Assembly: GCA_013265495.1 (NCBI GenBank)
Contig: MU058451.1
Span: forward strand, 1,464,167-1,528,166
Length of the DNA stretch: 64,000 nt
Origin: Vicugna vicugna
Lineage: Eukaryota
Direction of reading: 5' to 3'
Notes under the pieces: generated by a model
The model's input: the letters and a program-made list of their open reading frames with translations, nothing else
Databases searched by the model: none
Told to the model about the DNA's origin: nothing
Translations under genes and position numbers: made by a program
Shown: piece by piece, positions 1 through 13,409 of the stretch
How positions within the stretch are numbered: the first letter of the stretch is position 1
Layout: each line of letters begins with the position of its first letter

Positions 1-132
1 TTATATCTGGTACCATTTCCGTTTGGTTCTGTCTTTTAGTTCCCCTCTATCTGCTGAAATCGCCTGTTTCTTTATGGATGTTGCTTATCCTTTTTTCAAG
101 AACTTTTAACATTAATCAGAGTTATTTTTAAC

Positions 133-985
133 TTTTTCTCTTGAAGTAATTTTAGACTTAAGGAAAAGTTTAAAAGATAGTAAAGTGTTCCTGTAGATGC
201 TTCACTCAGCTTCTCCTAATGTTAACATCTTACCTAACCACGGTATGGTTATCAAAACTAAGAAATTAACGGCACAGTACTGTTAACCTAACGACAGATT
301 TTACTCAGATTTCACCAGTTATTCCACTAGTGTTCTTACTCTTTCTCAGAATCCCAAACAGGGCCCACAATGCATTTAGTTGTCATGTCTCTTTAATCTT
401 CTCTGACCTAGGACAGTTTCTCAATCTTTCCTCTATTTTTATCCTCCTTAACATACAGGAGTGTCAAGAGTAGTGTCAACAGTAGTGCTCAGGTTTTTGT
501 AGAATGTCCCTTAATTTGTTTTCTGTGGTGTTTTTCTCATGAATAGATTAAGGTCATTGATTTTGGGGAAATGCGTCACAGAGATGATGGGCTTTTCTCA
601 GGGCATTATATCGGGGGCTCATAATATCAATATATCTTATTAAAGATGGTGTCAATTTTGGTGACTTGGGTTAGGTGGTGGCTGTCAGCGTTCTCCAATG
701 TAAAATTATTATTTCCCCATTTATAATTAATAAATATTTGGGGGGAGATACCTTGAGGCTGTGAGATATCCTGTTTCTCTTTAAACTTTTGTCCACTGAT
801 TTTAACATTTGCTGATAGAATTTGCCTGTAGCAATTGCCGCTATTGTGTTCTGATGGCCATTTTCTATTTCCTTCATTCTGTCTACATTTAATGATTGGA
901 ATTATTCTGCAAGGATGAATTATTCCTTCTCCTTCATTTATGTATTTGTTTGCTGTGTTTATATCAGTATGGACCCCCAGTAACC
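133..985 (-). mobile_element. Old L1 3' UTR fragment (L1MC-like)
   Basis: Antisense L1MC-type 3' end text (cagcttctcctaatgttaacatctta...atcaaaactaagaaattaac...cagatttcaccag...gcatttagttgtcatgtctcttta). Family assigned by eye. Confidence 0.75.
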
Positions 986-1009
986 ACCAATCTGTTTTTC
1001 CTCCTGATA

Positions 1010-1510
1010 ATTTTCCCTTTTTAATGTTATATAAATGGAATAATGCAATATATAGCACTTGGGATCTGCCTTATTTTGCTTAGAAAACACATTTAAGTTT
1101 CATCCATCTTATTATGTGATTCAGTATTTCATTCATTTTTACTGTTGAGTCATATTCTAGTGTATAAGGTATATATTTTGTTTATGTGTTCATCATTTGA
1201 AGAACACCTAGGGTTTCCAGTTTTCAGCAGTTATGAATAAAGCCACTGTAAACATTGTGTACAGACTTTTGTGTGAACACAACTTTTTCATTCATCTGGA
1301 TAATGCATAGGGGTGTGATTGCCAGGGCATGTGGTAAATAAGTGTTTGACTTTACAAGAGACTGTCAAACTGGTTTCCAAAGTGGCTGTATCATCTTGCA
1401 TACCAACCAGCAGTATGTAGAAATTTCAGTTGCTAAGCATTTTAGGTATTATTAGTTTAAAAAATTTTTAGCCATTTTAATAGTTGTGTTCTTGTATCTC
1501 ATTGTGAATC
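1010..1510 (-). mobile_element. Old L1 ORF2-end/3' fragment (L1M)
   Basis: Typical antisense L1 text: gaataaagccactgtaaacatt, actgtcaaactggtttccaaagtggctgtatcat, tttagccattttaatag. Confidence 0.8.
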
Positions 1511-1519
1511 ACAGAAATT

Positions 1520-4420
1520 TAAACCTTTTTGTTTCATAGATTTAACATCTGCGCTACCTGAGCCTGGTTCTGTTGGTTGGTTGGTCTCTTGACAGTCGGG
1601 CTGTCTTTTTTCTTTCTTATTGTGCATCATCTAATAATTTCCTGAAACTCAGGTGTATTTATTTGTGCCTAGTAATGAACACCGCCCTTCTTTTGCTAGG
1701 TCTTTACTGTGAGGGTTTAAATTCTTCCTAGGAGCTGAGCTCAATTTGCGTGTTGTTATGGTTACTCTTATTACACCGCTGGCTTCAAGTATTTCCAGCA
1801 TTACTTTGTGGTCAGGGCGAGGACTGGGTTTCTGATGGGTTTTTCTCAATTTTCCTGTTCCACTCTTAGCTTTAGACTGTACTGTGAGCATGTAGTTCGG
1901 AGATCTCTCCTCAAGCTCTTGTCTGCCTCTCATTGGTAGACTGATGTTGATTGTTATTCAAGGCTGGCTAGCTTGGTGATGGGAGATTAGTACATGTTAT
2001 CTTCATCCTGGCTTGGCCTCATTCTTAAGCAGGCCCTGTGGCTCTGGGTCTCAGGGTTAGGACTTTCTCAGTGATCCTGTTCCTCCCCAGTGGTAGGGAC
2101 TCACTTGTGTTATGAGTTCCTGCCAGATTTCTACTCCTTTCCCAGGGGAAGTAGTTTTTTTGTTTTTTTTTTTTCCCCTTTCTCTTCCCTATATACAATA
2201 GGTTTTCATGAGTGCCTGTGAATGGCTGGGGCCTGGGTGAAGGACATTCTTTGGAGTTACCTTACTTTGGAAGCACTGACACACTAATTCAGGTGATCCT
2301 CACTCAGAGGTTTGTACAAGCACAGGGTTGGCATTGCACAAACCTGGGAGTGGGTGCCTCCTTGTATTTTGCACCTATGTGCATCACTTACCTCATCCTA
2401 GTGCTGGCCTTGGCCCTAGGAAATGACAAATTTTCTGCTCTTCCCTTAATGACGTCAGGCTTTTGGTCCCATTGGAAGGAGAACCTTGGTAGGACTTCCT
2501 GCCCTTCCACACTAGCAACTGCTTTCCTTTTCCAGGCCTTCACACAAGGTTGTTTTTCTTGGGTTACCTGTCCTATTTCAGCAATTTTTGTGCCCCAGTG
2601 AGATCAGGGAAGGGTCTGTGAGTGGGTACAAGCTCCCATATCTGTAATTCTCAGAACATGTAAACTTTCACTCTCGCCCCACTTGACCTTTAGTAATATG
2701 TCATATATTTCAGCCGAAATGTTACCACCTCCTTTCGCCCTGCCTTCTTCCTGTGCTCTGCCCCCAGGGACGCCTGTGCGTGGAGGCACTTGCCTTTTCT
2801 TAGATGTCCGAGGAGTTGGTTTCTCTGTGTCTTCAGTTCTGACGAGTCCAAGAAAAGTAATGATTTTAGAGATTATTCAGCTTTTTTGGTTGTTAGTATA
2901 GGAGTGAAGTTTTTTCCAGCACTCTTTGTCTAAGGTGGATTTTTTCAATACTTTAAAGGTCTGATTTTCTTGTCTTCTTACTTGCATTTTGGAGGCGGGG
3001 GTTTGGAGTTTTTTGCATGAAGAGTCAGCAGTCTTGTCTTTATATCTCTATGTAATGTTTCTTTGTTATATATCTGCTTTTATAATTTTCTATAACTATT
3101 CTCTTATACTTTTCACACTGGTTTTCAGAAATTTGATTATGAACTGCCTTGGTGTGCTTTTCTTTGGAAGCATTGACTTTCTTGACTTTGTAGGTTTATA
3201 TTTTTCATCAAATTTGGAATTTTATTTGTTGTTTCTCTAAATGTTATTTTTCTGACTCTCTTCTCATCTCTTTCCTCTAAGACTCTAATTAAAAATACGA
3301 TAGACCATCGGATAGTCCCCACACCTCTGAGGTTTTGTTAAACTTTTTAGTCTTTTTTGATCCTCTGTGCTTTTGAAAAATTTTGATTACTTATCTTCAA
3401 GCTCTCTGATTTTTTCTTTGTAGAGTTGAATAAACTCTTCTCCTATCCAATTTTATTTTGTATTTCGTATATATTATCTCTAGATGTTCCATTTGGTTTT
3501 CATATATTTAACTTTAATCATTATGAAATTCATGTTTTATTTTAAATCCTTGAGCATATTTATAGTAGCTATTTTTAAGTCCCTCTTGCAAATATATAAT
3601 TTATTTCATGTCTGTTTCCATTGGGTGATTTTAACTTTGATTATGGGTCATATTTTTCTGCCCCTTAGAATGTCTAGAGGCCTTTAAGCAGAATATAGAC
3701 ATTATAGGTACTGCATTGTTGCATGCTGGATTTTGTTCTTTCCTCAGAGAGTGATGGGCTTTTTTTTGGCAGGCAGTTAAGTTGCATACATCCACTTGAT
3801 CCTCTGAGGCTTGTTTTTAATCTTTAGTAGGGAGAGTTTAGAGTAGCCTTTACTCTGGGACATGGCCCTTCTGGGGTCTATAGTAAATGTTTTGAATGTT
3901 CAACAAGGATTCCTCACTCTACCGAGTAAGAAATTTGAACATCTTTAGCCCATGTGAGCTTTGGGAATTGTTCAGCTTGTGGCTTCTTGTTCTTTATGTA
4001 GTTTCATGGAATTTCACCCTACACATGTGTATGCTGGTAGTCAGCCAGTGATGCTAGATGAATGATATGGAGAATCCTAGAACTTTTTCTGTGAAGCATA
4101 AGACACCTCGTTTTCTTCAAACTCTGATACTCAAATACCAGTTGATTCAGGCTCATGAATTCTAATCTTTGTCTCATAATTTCAGTGAGACCCATCTGTA
4201 CCACTTGTGAGTTCCCCTCCCAATACAGTGGATCAAAAAGTATGTGAGGTTGAATGCTTGAGTGACCATAGAGCTTCCTTCATTTATTTTCTTTCAGGAA
4301 TGACAATCTTGTGCTATTACCAAATCTTAAAATCATTTGTCTCATAAATTTTGCCCATTAAAAAAGAATTATTGTTTACAATGGGAGAAGTATTGTCCAG
4401 TTATGCCATTGTGGCATCCT
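1520..4420 (-). mobile_element. Mosaic of highly decayed L1 5'/ORF1-region fragments
   Basis: T-rich strand with antisense L1M 5'/ORF1 phrases (aatttgattatgaactgccttggtgtg, tttttcatcaaatttggaat, ttatcttcaagctctctgattttttc). No intact ORF. Confidence 0.6.
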
Positions 4421-6114
4421 CATTTCCTTATTCTAATTTGCTTTAATTTTAATTATGCTTTTCATTGTCATGTTCCGATCCTAGCTAAAAATTCTACTGT
4501 ATTTAGTATAATGCTTCTGATTATTCTTTCAAAATGTTGTGACAATTTTTTAAATGGCAGGGAATGCATTACGGTATCATTTCACAGGGTTTTATTTCGC
4601 AGGGTTTTATTCCTGCAAAAGAAATACCGTGGCTTAGGTTCATTGCATATCTACAGAATAAAATCCATATTTCAGAATTCTGTGTACACTCAATGTTTGT
4701 AAGAGCACCTATGCCTGGTTCTGATGTACTAATTGTGTTTATGATAATGTTATAATTTCCCTCACTGTCACAAGACAGTTATATTGAGTATTAGAAACAA
4801 CACCATAAAAGTCAGAAAGGTAATTGGGTGTCATTTTAAATTCCCCCTGTTATCTTGTGTTTTTTGAAGTTAACACTTTATTCTTTTTAAACATCAGTCT
4901 GTGTCATCAAATGAAAATATAATTTTAAAATTATACATCTAAATAGATCAACTAAAAATAGCCCTGAAATCCCAAACTCAGATGTTTATAAATAGTCCTA
5001 TAAGTGCACTTGTAGCAGTAAGTTGAACTGGTGTGGAAAAAGCCAGTTTTGTGTAAAATCAGAAAGAAACAAAATTAAACTACTGATTCATAAAGAAGTT
5101 AATTTTATTTTTTTAGTAAATCTCCTCAGACTTTTGTCCTCACATTCCATCCCATCAGTTCAGCAGATCAGCCGTTCGTCACAGCTACAGCACTGTGACA
5201 TAGCAGCCTCCCTGGTACCACTTGTGAGCATGCGCAGCGTGCCCTGTAACTCAGCTACAGCACTGTGGGTGGGTTCCTTGGTCCCTCCTGCAGTCCTGTG
5301 CAGTGTGCACTGTGGAGCGCTAATAGTATGAGCAACCTGGTATCTGCAGACAGACTTATGAATGTCACTAATCTCTGACCTTTGCCTCCTCAGGGAGACT
5401 CTGACTCCTGTTTCCTTCCCCTTCCTTCCCACCTTTGTAGCCTTTACCAGACCGACCCTTTTGAGGGGTTGGGTTTTTGTTTTCCCCACCAAGTACCATT
5501 CTAACAGCCTTACAAATACTAATTCACTTAATCTTCACTGTATTATGAACTTGGTGTATTATTATCTATGTATGTTTTTCTGTGTACATCAAAGATCGGC
5601 TATGGGTCTTGGCTTCACTAGCCTTATGCTCAGAATTATCAGTTTTAAGTCACAAACTTGCATGGCAATGAAAGCTCTCCTGATTTGTCTCACTCAGTTT
5701 CATGCCTCCATTCCCTAAACCCTCCAGGTGGGCAGATGTGAAAAAACAAGTTTCTCCTAATTTGCTTTCATCTATATGTGACCAAAACTTTGACTTAAAA
5801 AAAAATAACAAACAACTACTTAGTAACACCAAGACTCCAGGCAGAAGTCCTGCAGTTAGCCTGTGGTTTTGCGTGTCTTTAGCACACCACTGTGAATACC
5901 CACCCAAATGTATGCATAAAAATGGTTTATAGGAGTTTGCAATATTACATGTTAACTTTAGTAAAATCTTCCTTTCTAGAGATCAGTCATTTTCACTATT
6001 AACTGAATGATGCCGAAGTGAGACCCCCCAGGGCTAGTCATAGAGAGGACTAACAGGAGAGCTGCCTGCCCACAGTTAACTCACTGGAAGGAGAGGTCTG
6101 AGGCCAGAGGTGGC

Positions 6115-6494
6115 CAGTGATGGTGAACTAGAGCATGTTTTGGTAGCACTTGTGTGCAGGAGATGATGTGTAGATGCTCAGGAGAGCTGCTAAGCTCCGG
6201 AGTTTTACAAGCCAACTGTTACACACAGCCATTATGAAAAATTAAATTATTTTAAACTTCCAATTAAATAAATTATATTAAAAACAATGGTAACAAACAC
6301 TCAAAACTCCTTGCTTCCCAATTATTTCACCCTTCTTTAAGCTCTTGGAGTCACTGACATGTATCTATGTGATATGCTACTACCGTGTGTCCCTTACCAG
6401 CTCTGAGTTCAGTGATGTCACTTGATAGCTTGAAATTGTCCAGGGATTTATACCACAGAGAGCTGATTGTCCAGCATGTACCAGCACACCACTG
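6115..6494 (+). mobile_element. hAT DNA transposon, MER63-like
   Basis: Right end ccagcacaccactg is the reverse complement of the MER63 TIR CAGTGGTGTGCTGG. Left end is degenerate (cagtgatggtg...). Confidence 0.65.
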
Positions 6495-6579
6495 CTTGGA
6501 GGGAAACAGAAAGGAGCATGGCAGAGATTATAAATGAAGCAGAGATTTCAAAATGAAGGCATTCCAGCTCAGAGATAAA

Positions 6580-6830
6580 TTTTGTTCGCCTTCCAAATTT
6601 AAAAAATAATTTGTCTTAATTGGCAGTGCTTCTAAATGAGAGAGTTTCATGTGAAAAATCAGATTTCCAGCCTTCTTAGAAAAACAGAACATACTGGTGG
6701 TTTACTGGTGGTCACACTGAGCCACCTGCTACCTTGGCAACAATTGACTGGAGTGAAGCTTACCCTTTAGGAGGGTATCTCTCCTCCAGGATTCCTTTAC
6801 CTTCCTGGCCCAGGCTGTCTTTAATACTAT
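6580..6830. mobile_element. hAT-Charlie fragment, MER102-like
   Basis: Contains aaatcagatttccagccttcttagaaaaacagaa and ggcaacaattgactggagtga, which resemble the MER102 core. Confidence 0.5.
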
Positions 6831-7559
6831 TCCTCCTGCTGTAATGGTAAGTGCATTGGGTTCAGTAGCCAAGAGGTTGAAAAGAATTGGGGAGTATGAG
6901 GTGCAGACTGAATGAAGTTCTGGGACTCAGCTTACAGACACAGAACATGTCAATCAGCGTTCCTTTAATGAGAAGCTTAGACTTGCCAGGACTAGCGTGA
7001 CTTCTTAAGAACCCACACAGATGTGGACATAGAAGGGGTCTCTAAAACATCAGGATAGATGTCATAGAGTTCATGACTTAAGGATTTGATATTTTGTGTA
7101 TGGCCCATGCTCTTACTCAGAGCCTGGTTATTTGTTCTAACATTAATTTTTCTTTTAGACATAATCACAAGATCATTTATATTCTCTAGTTTTCTAGACC
7201 AGAGTAGCTTATAAGATAAAAATTGACAATAGGAACAGTACTACTAAAAACACCATCAGAAGTCGGAAATGATGGTTGATGGCAAAAAAAAAACAAAAAA
7301 ACAACCCAAGAGATTACAGGGAAAACATACATCAAATACAGGGCCTCAAGCACAAGTATATGGGACCATTTATTTCAGGGACAGCAACTCTCCACATCTC
7401 TACAGCTCCTAAAAAAACCATTTCTTAAAAGAGTATAATTAGTCACTGGTGATTAAAATGATAACTTGAATAAGCCAGAAAAGTTTGTCACACATTCAGC
7501 AATTTAGTTGCATAGGTAGGGAAATGCAAACCATTACAGAGATGCCTGCTTTTTCCCCT

Positions 7560-7935
7560 CTAATCCTGGAGTTTGCTTCCTCCCAGGACCTTGTCTGCTT
7601 TGTGTCAGGTTCTTTTTGCCTCTCTTGTCACGTGGCTAATTTCTGTTTATCTTTCCAGTTTTAACTTAATGTTACTTCCTCAAGGAGATCCTCTTTGATT
7701 TTCTGGTCAATATTAGGTCCCTCTATTCCATACACTGCTTCACTGTACCCTAGAATTTCCTTTATTGCTTACTCAGTCATAATTATAGTAATTTCCGCCT
7801 TTTGTTTTCTTTGTTCCATGTTTATCAACATCATTAGACTATGAATTCCATGAATGCAATGACCATATTTGCCTTATTCATTGCGATGTTGCCCAATTTT
7901 GGGTGTACAGTAAATAATTTTTGAATAAATAATGG
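7560..7935 (+). mobile_element. L2 3' end fragment
   Basis: L2 tail phrases: attagactatgaattccatgaatgcaatgacc, taaataatttttgaataaat. Confidence 0.7.
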
Positions 7936-10547
7936 CTGAACTAAAAACAAATCTAAAATGGTTGCCACTTATCTGCAAAACCTTAGTCTTAATAAAAACA
8001 TGAAATGTGACTTAATTCCTACGTGTACTTTTATTTCTGAGTAGCTCGTAACACAGTAGGCATGGGAAATGTTTGCTGAACAAATGATGCCGTACAACGA
8101 TTCATTTCCCTTTGGTTCTTTGTCTTTAGAGCCAGTGGTTCTCAGCACCTGAAATCTGAGAATAACTGCATTTACACAGTTTAATTACAAATGTGATTTC
8201 TTTTACATTACAGGCAATTTCTTTTAAAATATTGGAATATTCTAAATCTTGTCTAGTGTAACAATGCTGCAAATGTAAGAAAATGCGAGACTTTGTACTC
8301 ATTAATTAGCCACTTTAAACCCCCACATGTTTCCAATTTTAATTTTTTGGATCATAACACTCTGCAGACTCGAACTACCCTAAGTATGTCCATCTCACCA
8401 AGTGATTCCAAAATGGAAGCGGACCCTTTCTCTAGCTAATGATAGGCGTATGTGGGAGACAGAGACAAAAATGTTTTAGTGGGGAGGAAAAACAAAGGCT
8501 ATGTTTTAATGTAATGGAAAATTAGGAATCCTAAACAATCTGCTCATCAATCAAAACACTGGAAATTCCAAAAAAAAAAAAAAAGCGAACAGCGTTTTCA
8601 CCTGGGGCTCATTAGTGGTTCCAAAAGTGGTTCTTTCTCCAGTTTCTAACTAATGCGTGGCTGGGAGTTGGGCCAGGTGTTCCTCATACTGATTTCCACT
8701 CTGAGCAGCTTTATCCGAAAACCCATCCCCTTCACACCACACACATGTAACCTGTTCACTGGTTCCATTAAATTAGCTCAGTCTCCACCACCGTGCACAG
8801 ACCACGGCAGGTGCCTGGTTTCCACTATAAAAGCAAGAACCCTAAATTCTTCTGCCTGTTTATCTTTTGTTAATGAGAATTCGAGCTGCTTAAATTCCGA
8901 AGTCTTTTTTAGATTGTCTCGCTATGTTAAAAGAATTAAATGAGACAGTTCTCATATTCACTTTAAAAATTTGAGCAGTTAAAGCATTAGGCTGATATTT
9001 TTAAATGAAAAAATGTTCAATTTGCAATTTAAAGTATACAAAACATTTGTCTTTCCCCCGTGTTCCAATGAGAGGAACTGCAACTGTGCTTGGAAGAGGG
9101 ACTTGCCCCAGATCAGTTCGGCTTCTCCCATCGCACTTTCCCCACGGCTTTCCAAAGCTGGAGGAGACTTGTGTTCTTCCTGTGCTTCTGTTACTTCCTG
9201 TTGCCCTGGTGAGAAATGCCTTGATGTATTCTTTCTTTTAATTTAATAATGTAAAAACTTGTATTGAAGTCTTTGTGTTGTAGACTTTCTTTTCAAATCA
9301 TGGGGCAGTGCTGGCAGCTGAGAGCCTAAAACTTCACCAGAGTGCACCGAAACAGGTTCCAAGGGCGACTGAGTGGGGTTCTCTTACATGCCACGTACAT
9401 GGGAATGCTTCAGGCCCGAGTGCTTTGGCGAGCGATGAAGAAAATAACACAATTTTAACGATTTGGGAAAATGGGAAACAAGTAATAAACTGTCATAAGG
9501 GCGAGACATCCTGTGACTCCAGTGTAGCGAGGGAGTCAGGGAAGGCAGGCTGAAAGAGTCTAAGGCCTGTAACAGCAGAATGAAAACAGCTCTGCAAGGG
9601 AACCACGGCACAGCTGCGGGTGGGGGCGCAATGAATTTCACCTCTGTCTTCTCAGTTAGATCAGAAGAGTTTAATTAATGAGACACAGAATTGTGTCCTC
9701 TGTACTTAGAGGAGGACATGGCCTCGCATGGGCCCCCGTGAGGAAGTGTAAAGACCGTTTTCAGAATCACTGAGTATACAGCTAACGCTATTAGACTGCC
9801 CACATCCTGACGCACGTGGGGAGGAAACGCCGTGGCTCGAACAGTAACCTGGGAGCGTCAGTACCCTCTAGCTGGGAGGATGTGTTTTCCTGATTTTCTT
9901 TCAAAGGGCAGTAGTATTTTTCACTTGAAAGTGTTGTGCAGCACATTCTGGGACTAGCTCCTTGTCGTGGAACAGATAGTATCTAGCAAGAAGAACCAAC
10001 TCCTGAATGTATTCATTTTACTTACACTGTAGCATCCTGTGAGGAAGGTCGACTGAGTTTTTCCCCAGTTTCCCCCCACCTTTCTGGGGCCCTGATTTAT
10101 GTGGCTGCGCTGGTGGATGGGGCAGAACTCACAGGGAACTGAAGTCCCTGCTCACTATCAGGACAAGAGATTGGTCTCTTATGTTCAGGGTGACTGTGTT
10201 CTAGAGGGACCCAAATGGCCTGCTCTTCGGAGAAGTAAACTCGAGGCGTACCTCCTGCCTTGCCTTAGGTTACTAAACCCCTAAACACACATCCCGGATG
10301 TGCCGACCCCTCCATTAGCTTGCTTTGGGAAAGAGGGGCAGGTGGGCAAAAAATATACCTCTTCTTTTCCAAAAAGAGAGTGGTTGTACCTGGAATTTTA
10401 AGTCACTCTCGAGGCAATGTTAGAAATCATTTGCTTTCCTTAACCAACCAGGACAGCCCAGGATATGGTCTATACAGACAGTCACGACTAACTAGCATTA
10501 ACAGATAATTTTGATAAATTGGGAAGGAATTTTCTCTCACATCACTT

Positions 10548-10585
10548 TTATGAGACTGACACACTGCCTACTGCGCTAAGGAGGC
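10548..10585 (-). pseudogene. Retroposed 5' half of elongator tRNA-Met(CAT) (tailless retropseudogene)
   Basis: Minus strand reads GCCTCCTTAGCGCAGTAGGCAGTGTGTCAGTCTCATAA, which is the 5' half of mammalian tRNA-Met-CAT as I recall it, with two CpG-type C>T changes. It ends in the anticodon loop and is flanked by the direct repeat ctctcacatcactttta (10534-10550 and 10588-10604). Confidence 0.9.
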
Positions 10586-12005
10586 AACTCTCACATCACT
10601 TTTAAAGGGTTCAGATAACTCCAGAAGAGTGGATAGCTATTACCCAAGTGCTCTTTTGGATGGGTTAATTGAAGATGGTAGAAATAACTTATATAAATGT
10701 ATTTTAAAATAGCATTAAATAACTTTTTGTCTCATAGTTCCTGGTTTTTAAGCATTATAAAAAATCAATTCTTTCAATGCACCAGGAAGATGTCATAGTT
10801 ATGGTATGGCACCTATATAGTTAAAGTTATAGAGGCGCCTCAATTTGGAAATAGAACTGGATCTAATAAAGCTTATAAATTCTGGTGCTATTTGGGTTCA
10901 ACATACAGTCTATGATACATTAAGAAGATAAACACTTGGTTTAATTGTTCATTTCAGAAGCTGGTTGAGCTGTTTCTGCTACTGCTGTCAGCCTTTGGTA
11001 AAAACACACATACTCAGTCAAACTAACATGTGGGTGATTTATGGGTCTCAGCAGGTATTTATTTGAGAAGGAAATCACGGCGGGTCCTGGTTCACACTTG
11101 TATGTAGTTATCCCAAAATTAGCTTACTGACTGCCTTTCAAAAATTATCCATGTGTAATACCACTCTTTGCTTTGCTTTTAATGATAACCAGTGAAACTG
11201 AGACCTTCCATTTTCCTGGTTTGGTAACCTGTAAGTTGCACCATAGGCTCGGTTTCAGAAAGCCAAAATCTCAAATGAAAACTAAAGATACAATGAACTC
11301 CCTATTTGTGGATTTGCAGCAGACAGAGGCCAGTGCAGTTTTAAACTAGACTTTAAGGCTAGATCTCCCCCATAGGAAGCTGTGAATACCCCTGATAAAC
11401 CTGTGTCCAAATAGGGAGGGAGCGAGAGAGAGTCAGAGAGATAAGAAGAAAGGAAGAAAGGAGAGAGGGAAGGAAGGTAAGAAGAACAAATGAATAAACT
11501 TGGGTCTTTTCAGGATTTTGTGCTAGTTAGGGTTTCTTTTAGTATTTGTTTAAAAAGCAGTGTTTAAGAATTGCATACTATTCCTAACCTAGCATGTTCT
11601 TCATTCTGTTTTAGTTCTGTCTAATGGCTTCTTCCACCTCGAAGGTATTCATCCTCTTCGTAGGCCACCTTCCATCCCTCACTTTCTTCCTTTTCTTATT
11701 CTCTTCTTAGGACTTTCTTTCTAAATGTTCTTTTCATGCTTTTCTTTTCCCTTCTTTGTTCTCTATGAAAAGAGTAAAAATGTCCTCAAGAGTTTCACAC
11801 ATGACCAAATTCTTAAGCATCACATACATTTTTGTTGTTGATTTTTATAAAATTGTTTTTCACGTGCTATTAATTTAATATAAAAATGGCAGGACTATCG
11901 CTTATTTGGAATATTATATTTAACCATTAGGAGCTGGGAATTTCTGTGAAAAACCCCAAAGAAAAGGAAAGATCCTGAAAGTTCTTGTGGGAACCCAGAT
12001 TACCA

Positions 12006-12085
12006 TGTATGTATGTGTGTATGTATGTGTGTATATGTGTATGTATGTGTGTATGTGTGTATGTATGTATGTGTGTATGTGTGTA
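12006..12085. repeat. Compound (TATG)n/(TG)n microsatellite
   Basis: Directly visible; explains ORFs 11927..12136 and 11985..12254. Confidence 0.95.
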
Positions 12086-12614
12086 TTTATTGGGCTTTGT
12101 GATATTCCCTGGAGGTGTCAGGTACTCAGAAAACATAAATGGGGAAGCAACTGAAGTCCATGCCCTAAACTGTACCCATTCTGGTGAGTTTAAATTGAAG
12201 GGACAGGACGAGTCTCAAGGAGGAGAGGCCCAGATGCCTCAAATCCACCGTTGATCATTCCTGCTTCTGGCACTGCACCAAGCACGTCTCTGGGGTAGGG
12301 TTTCACCACTGCACACTCAGGAAGATGAGAACTAGGAAAAGACAGTCTCCTTAGATGATGTTCCACCAGCCATGCCAGTCTGGATGGAAAGGGGTTGGAT
12401 AATCGAGTGTCCAAGGGCAGCTCCTCAATCAGCACCCACCACCACTTTTATTAACTGTTTACACACAAAACTTTTGAACTGCCCTGGTATCAAAGGACCC
12501 CAGTCCTGGTGCTTTGGCTGTTCTGCCTATTTCTAGGGAATTGATGGCAATGATTATACAAAGACAAAACAGGGTGATGAGAGAAAAAATGAAGTGATTT
12601 CCTCCAGTTTATCC

Positions 12615-12787
12615 TTTTTTTTAAATTGAAGTATAGTTGATTTATAATGTTGTGTTAGTGTCTGGTGTACAGCATAGTGATTCAGTTATACATCTATATT
12701 ATTTTTTGTATTCTTTTTTTTTCTAGGTTATTTCAGGCTATTGAATATAGTTCCCCATGCTATACGGTGGGACCTTGTTGTTTATCT
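12615..12787 (-). mobile_element. Cetartiodactyl-type L1 3' end, 5'-truncated
   Basis: Poly-T followed by aattgaagtatagttgatttataatgttgtgttag...tgaatatagttccccatgctatac...ggaccttgttgtttatct. Confidence 0.85.
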
Positions 12788-13409
12788 GCTCTACTACTTG
12801 CAGCTCCCTTCTGCCCCAGGCTGCAGTTGCAGGCTCCCACCCACATCAATTTAAGACAACGTGCAGTTTTAACAAGAGGTTACCATGGTCTTTTCTTGTG
12901 GCTGTTTCGGTTATTTCTAGTCCTGGAACCCAAGCTTCTCTTTAGTTTCTGTAGTTTCTGCAAGTTTGATTTTGAGGAAGAAGCTAGCTGTGTATTCACC
13001 ACCTTGACAGTGACAAGAAGACGTGGAAGAGTTTCTAACTTGTACTCTGAGGAAGGCCTCTTTTTATATGCTGCCCGATCTCATTTACTCACTGAAAAAG
13101 TATCTTTACACTTAGTAGCTGGGGAAATACTAGGTATGCCCTCAACATTCTTATTGAACCTTCAGAATTCCACAATAGCTAGATAATGATTGTTGATTTT
13201 CTAACATTTAAAAACATTAGGAAATTTTTCATATGCTGTAATTTGATATTTGGCTAAATAGCATGTGATTAGACTAATGAAAATCATATTAATTTTCTAT
13301 GTTTAATTATTATTACCTATTTTGTATTGGCTTATTATTTAAATCATTTGTGACTGCTGCATAATTAGCAAGAAAGAGCCAGCTCGGTCAAGTCAATGAT
13401 AGATAATAA

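Noticed and set aside
5191..5314. Three CACTGTG heptamers as V(D)J recombination signals
   Set aside because: No nonamer at 12- or 23-bp spacing for the copies checked, and no V, D or J segments nearby.
12665..13186. 173-aa ORF
   Set aside because: Starts within antisense L1 3' UTR at a non-ATG codon. No recognisable domain.
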